Notes under the pieces: generated by a model
The model's database searches: none
What the model was told of the DNA's origin: nothing
The model's input: the letters and a program-made list of their open reading frames with translations, nothing else
Shown here: positions 63,092-64,000 of the stretch, one piece after another
Numbering within the stretch: the first letter of the stretch is position 1
Layout of the letters: each line of letters begins with the position of its first letter
NCBI GenBank assembly: GCA_043825875.1
Contig: JBDRRF010000107.1
Span: 1-64,000, forward strand
Direction of reading: 5' to 3'
DNA length: 64,000 nucleotides
Origin: Pseudomonadota bacterium
GTDB taxonomy: Bacteria > Desulfobacterota > Desulfobacteria > Desulfobacterales > RPRI01
Position numbers and translations under genes: made by a program

Positions 63092-64000
63092 TAATAAACG
63101 GAATCACTTTTTCTTATTGAATCTATGATGCTGGTTGCAGAAATATTTTCCCTGATTTGAATAAGAGCAACACGTCCACCGTATTTTTCTACAATATCAC
63201 GTCCGAAAACTTCTTCGGATGAATAATTGCTTCCTTTGGTAAGTACATCCGGGCGCACGGCTTCAAGCAGATTCCCAAGCTTATTAGCAGGAAAAACAAT
63301 GACATAATCTACACTGTCGAGAGCACTTAATATCCTGACTCTTTCTTTAGCCTTGATAACCGGCCTTCCGTTTCCTTTAAGTTTTTTAACCGAATCATCA
63401 TCATCAATTGCAACTATCAGGATATCACCTTCTTTTTTTGAAGCTGAAAACAACTTGATATGACCTGCATGCAAAAGGTCGAAACAGCCGTTTGTTAATA
63501 CTATTTTTTTACCTTTTTCTTTCAGGTCCAAAAGCAAAGCGGAAAGCTCGGGCAGACTTTTTTGCTTTATTCTGTAGTCATCGGAACAAGCAGTTAAAGC
63601 TGCCGATAGTTCTTCTTCTGATACTGTAGCTGTTCCTATCTTTCCTACGACAATTCCGGCAGCAGTATTTGCAATTGAGGCTCCAACCTTAAACGGTGTG
63701 CCGAATGCCGTACAAAGTCCTAGTATGGCCACAACCGTATCGCCGGCTCCTGAAACATCAAATACCTGCCTTGCTTTTGCTTTAATTTTATATGGCCTTT
63801 TGCCTTTTTCAAAAAGAACCATCCCGTCTTTGCCACAGGTAATAAGAACATTTGGGACACCGGTGCTTTCAATAATTTTTTCGCCCGCCTTTAGCAGGGA
63901 TGAATTATTTTTTATTTCTATTCCTGAAGCAAGGGCAGCCTCCTTCATGTTGGGAGTAATCAGGGTAACACCGGAGTACTTAGAATAATCAAGGCCTTTG
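63091..64000 (-). CDS. hldE: Bifunctional heptose-7-phosphate kinase / heptose-1-phosphate adenylyltransferase (5' part outside the window)
   Basis: PfkB-type DVSGAGDT followed by TNGCFDLLHAGH and KGNGRP. Confidence 0.92.
   Translation of the reverse strand, partial: KGLDYSKYSGVTLITPNMKEAALASGIEIKNNSSLLKAGEKIIESTGVPNVLITCGKDGMVLFEKGKRPYKIKAKARQVFDVSGAGDTVVAILGLCTAFGTPFKVGASIANTAAGIVVGKIGTATVSEEELSAALTACSDDYRIKQKSLPELSALLLDLKEKGKKIVLTNGCFDLLHAGHIKLFSASKKEGDILIVAIDDDDSVKKLKGNGRPVIKAKERVRILSALDSVDYVIVFPANKLGNLLEAVRPDVLTKGSNYSSEEVFGRDIVEKYGGRVALIQIRENISATSIIDSIRKSDSVY

Overview
AT-rich chromosomal window (roughly 35-40% GC by eye) from a sulfate-reducing bacterium; gene content and order look like Desulfobacterota, probably Desulfobacterales. 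The left edge is an integron platform: a long-form IntI integrase, a candidate attI at ~134-160 and the start of a divergent Cys-rich ORF that may be the first cassette. Next come an exported cyclophilin, an orphan CheR, the dsrT-dsrMKJOP operon, nagZ, a GC-rich alpha/beta hydrolase, selO/ydiU and a lipoprotein fusing an S41 (CtpA-like) protease to a caspase-like domain. A ~28.5 kb flagellar cluster (fliK to fliW) has three sigma54 promoters and one sigma28 promoter, two MotB-like genes (one lacking the proton-binding Asp) and a repeat-bearing second FliL; flgM, fliC, flgBC and fliE-J are not in the window. The rest holds a pyrimidine-dimer-glycosylase-like gene, an IS200-type relic, serC, atpF'FHAGDC, mreBCD-mrdA-rodA with a 142-bp MITE, a peptidoglycan-recycling-like gene pair with a REP, tRNA-fMet, dodecin, DUF167 and a partial hldE. 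Most of the window is ordinary housekeeping. The best novelty candidates are the S41+caspase lipoprotein, the asymmetric MotB pair and the integron platform. All calls come from motif recognition by eye; no searches were run.
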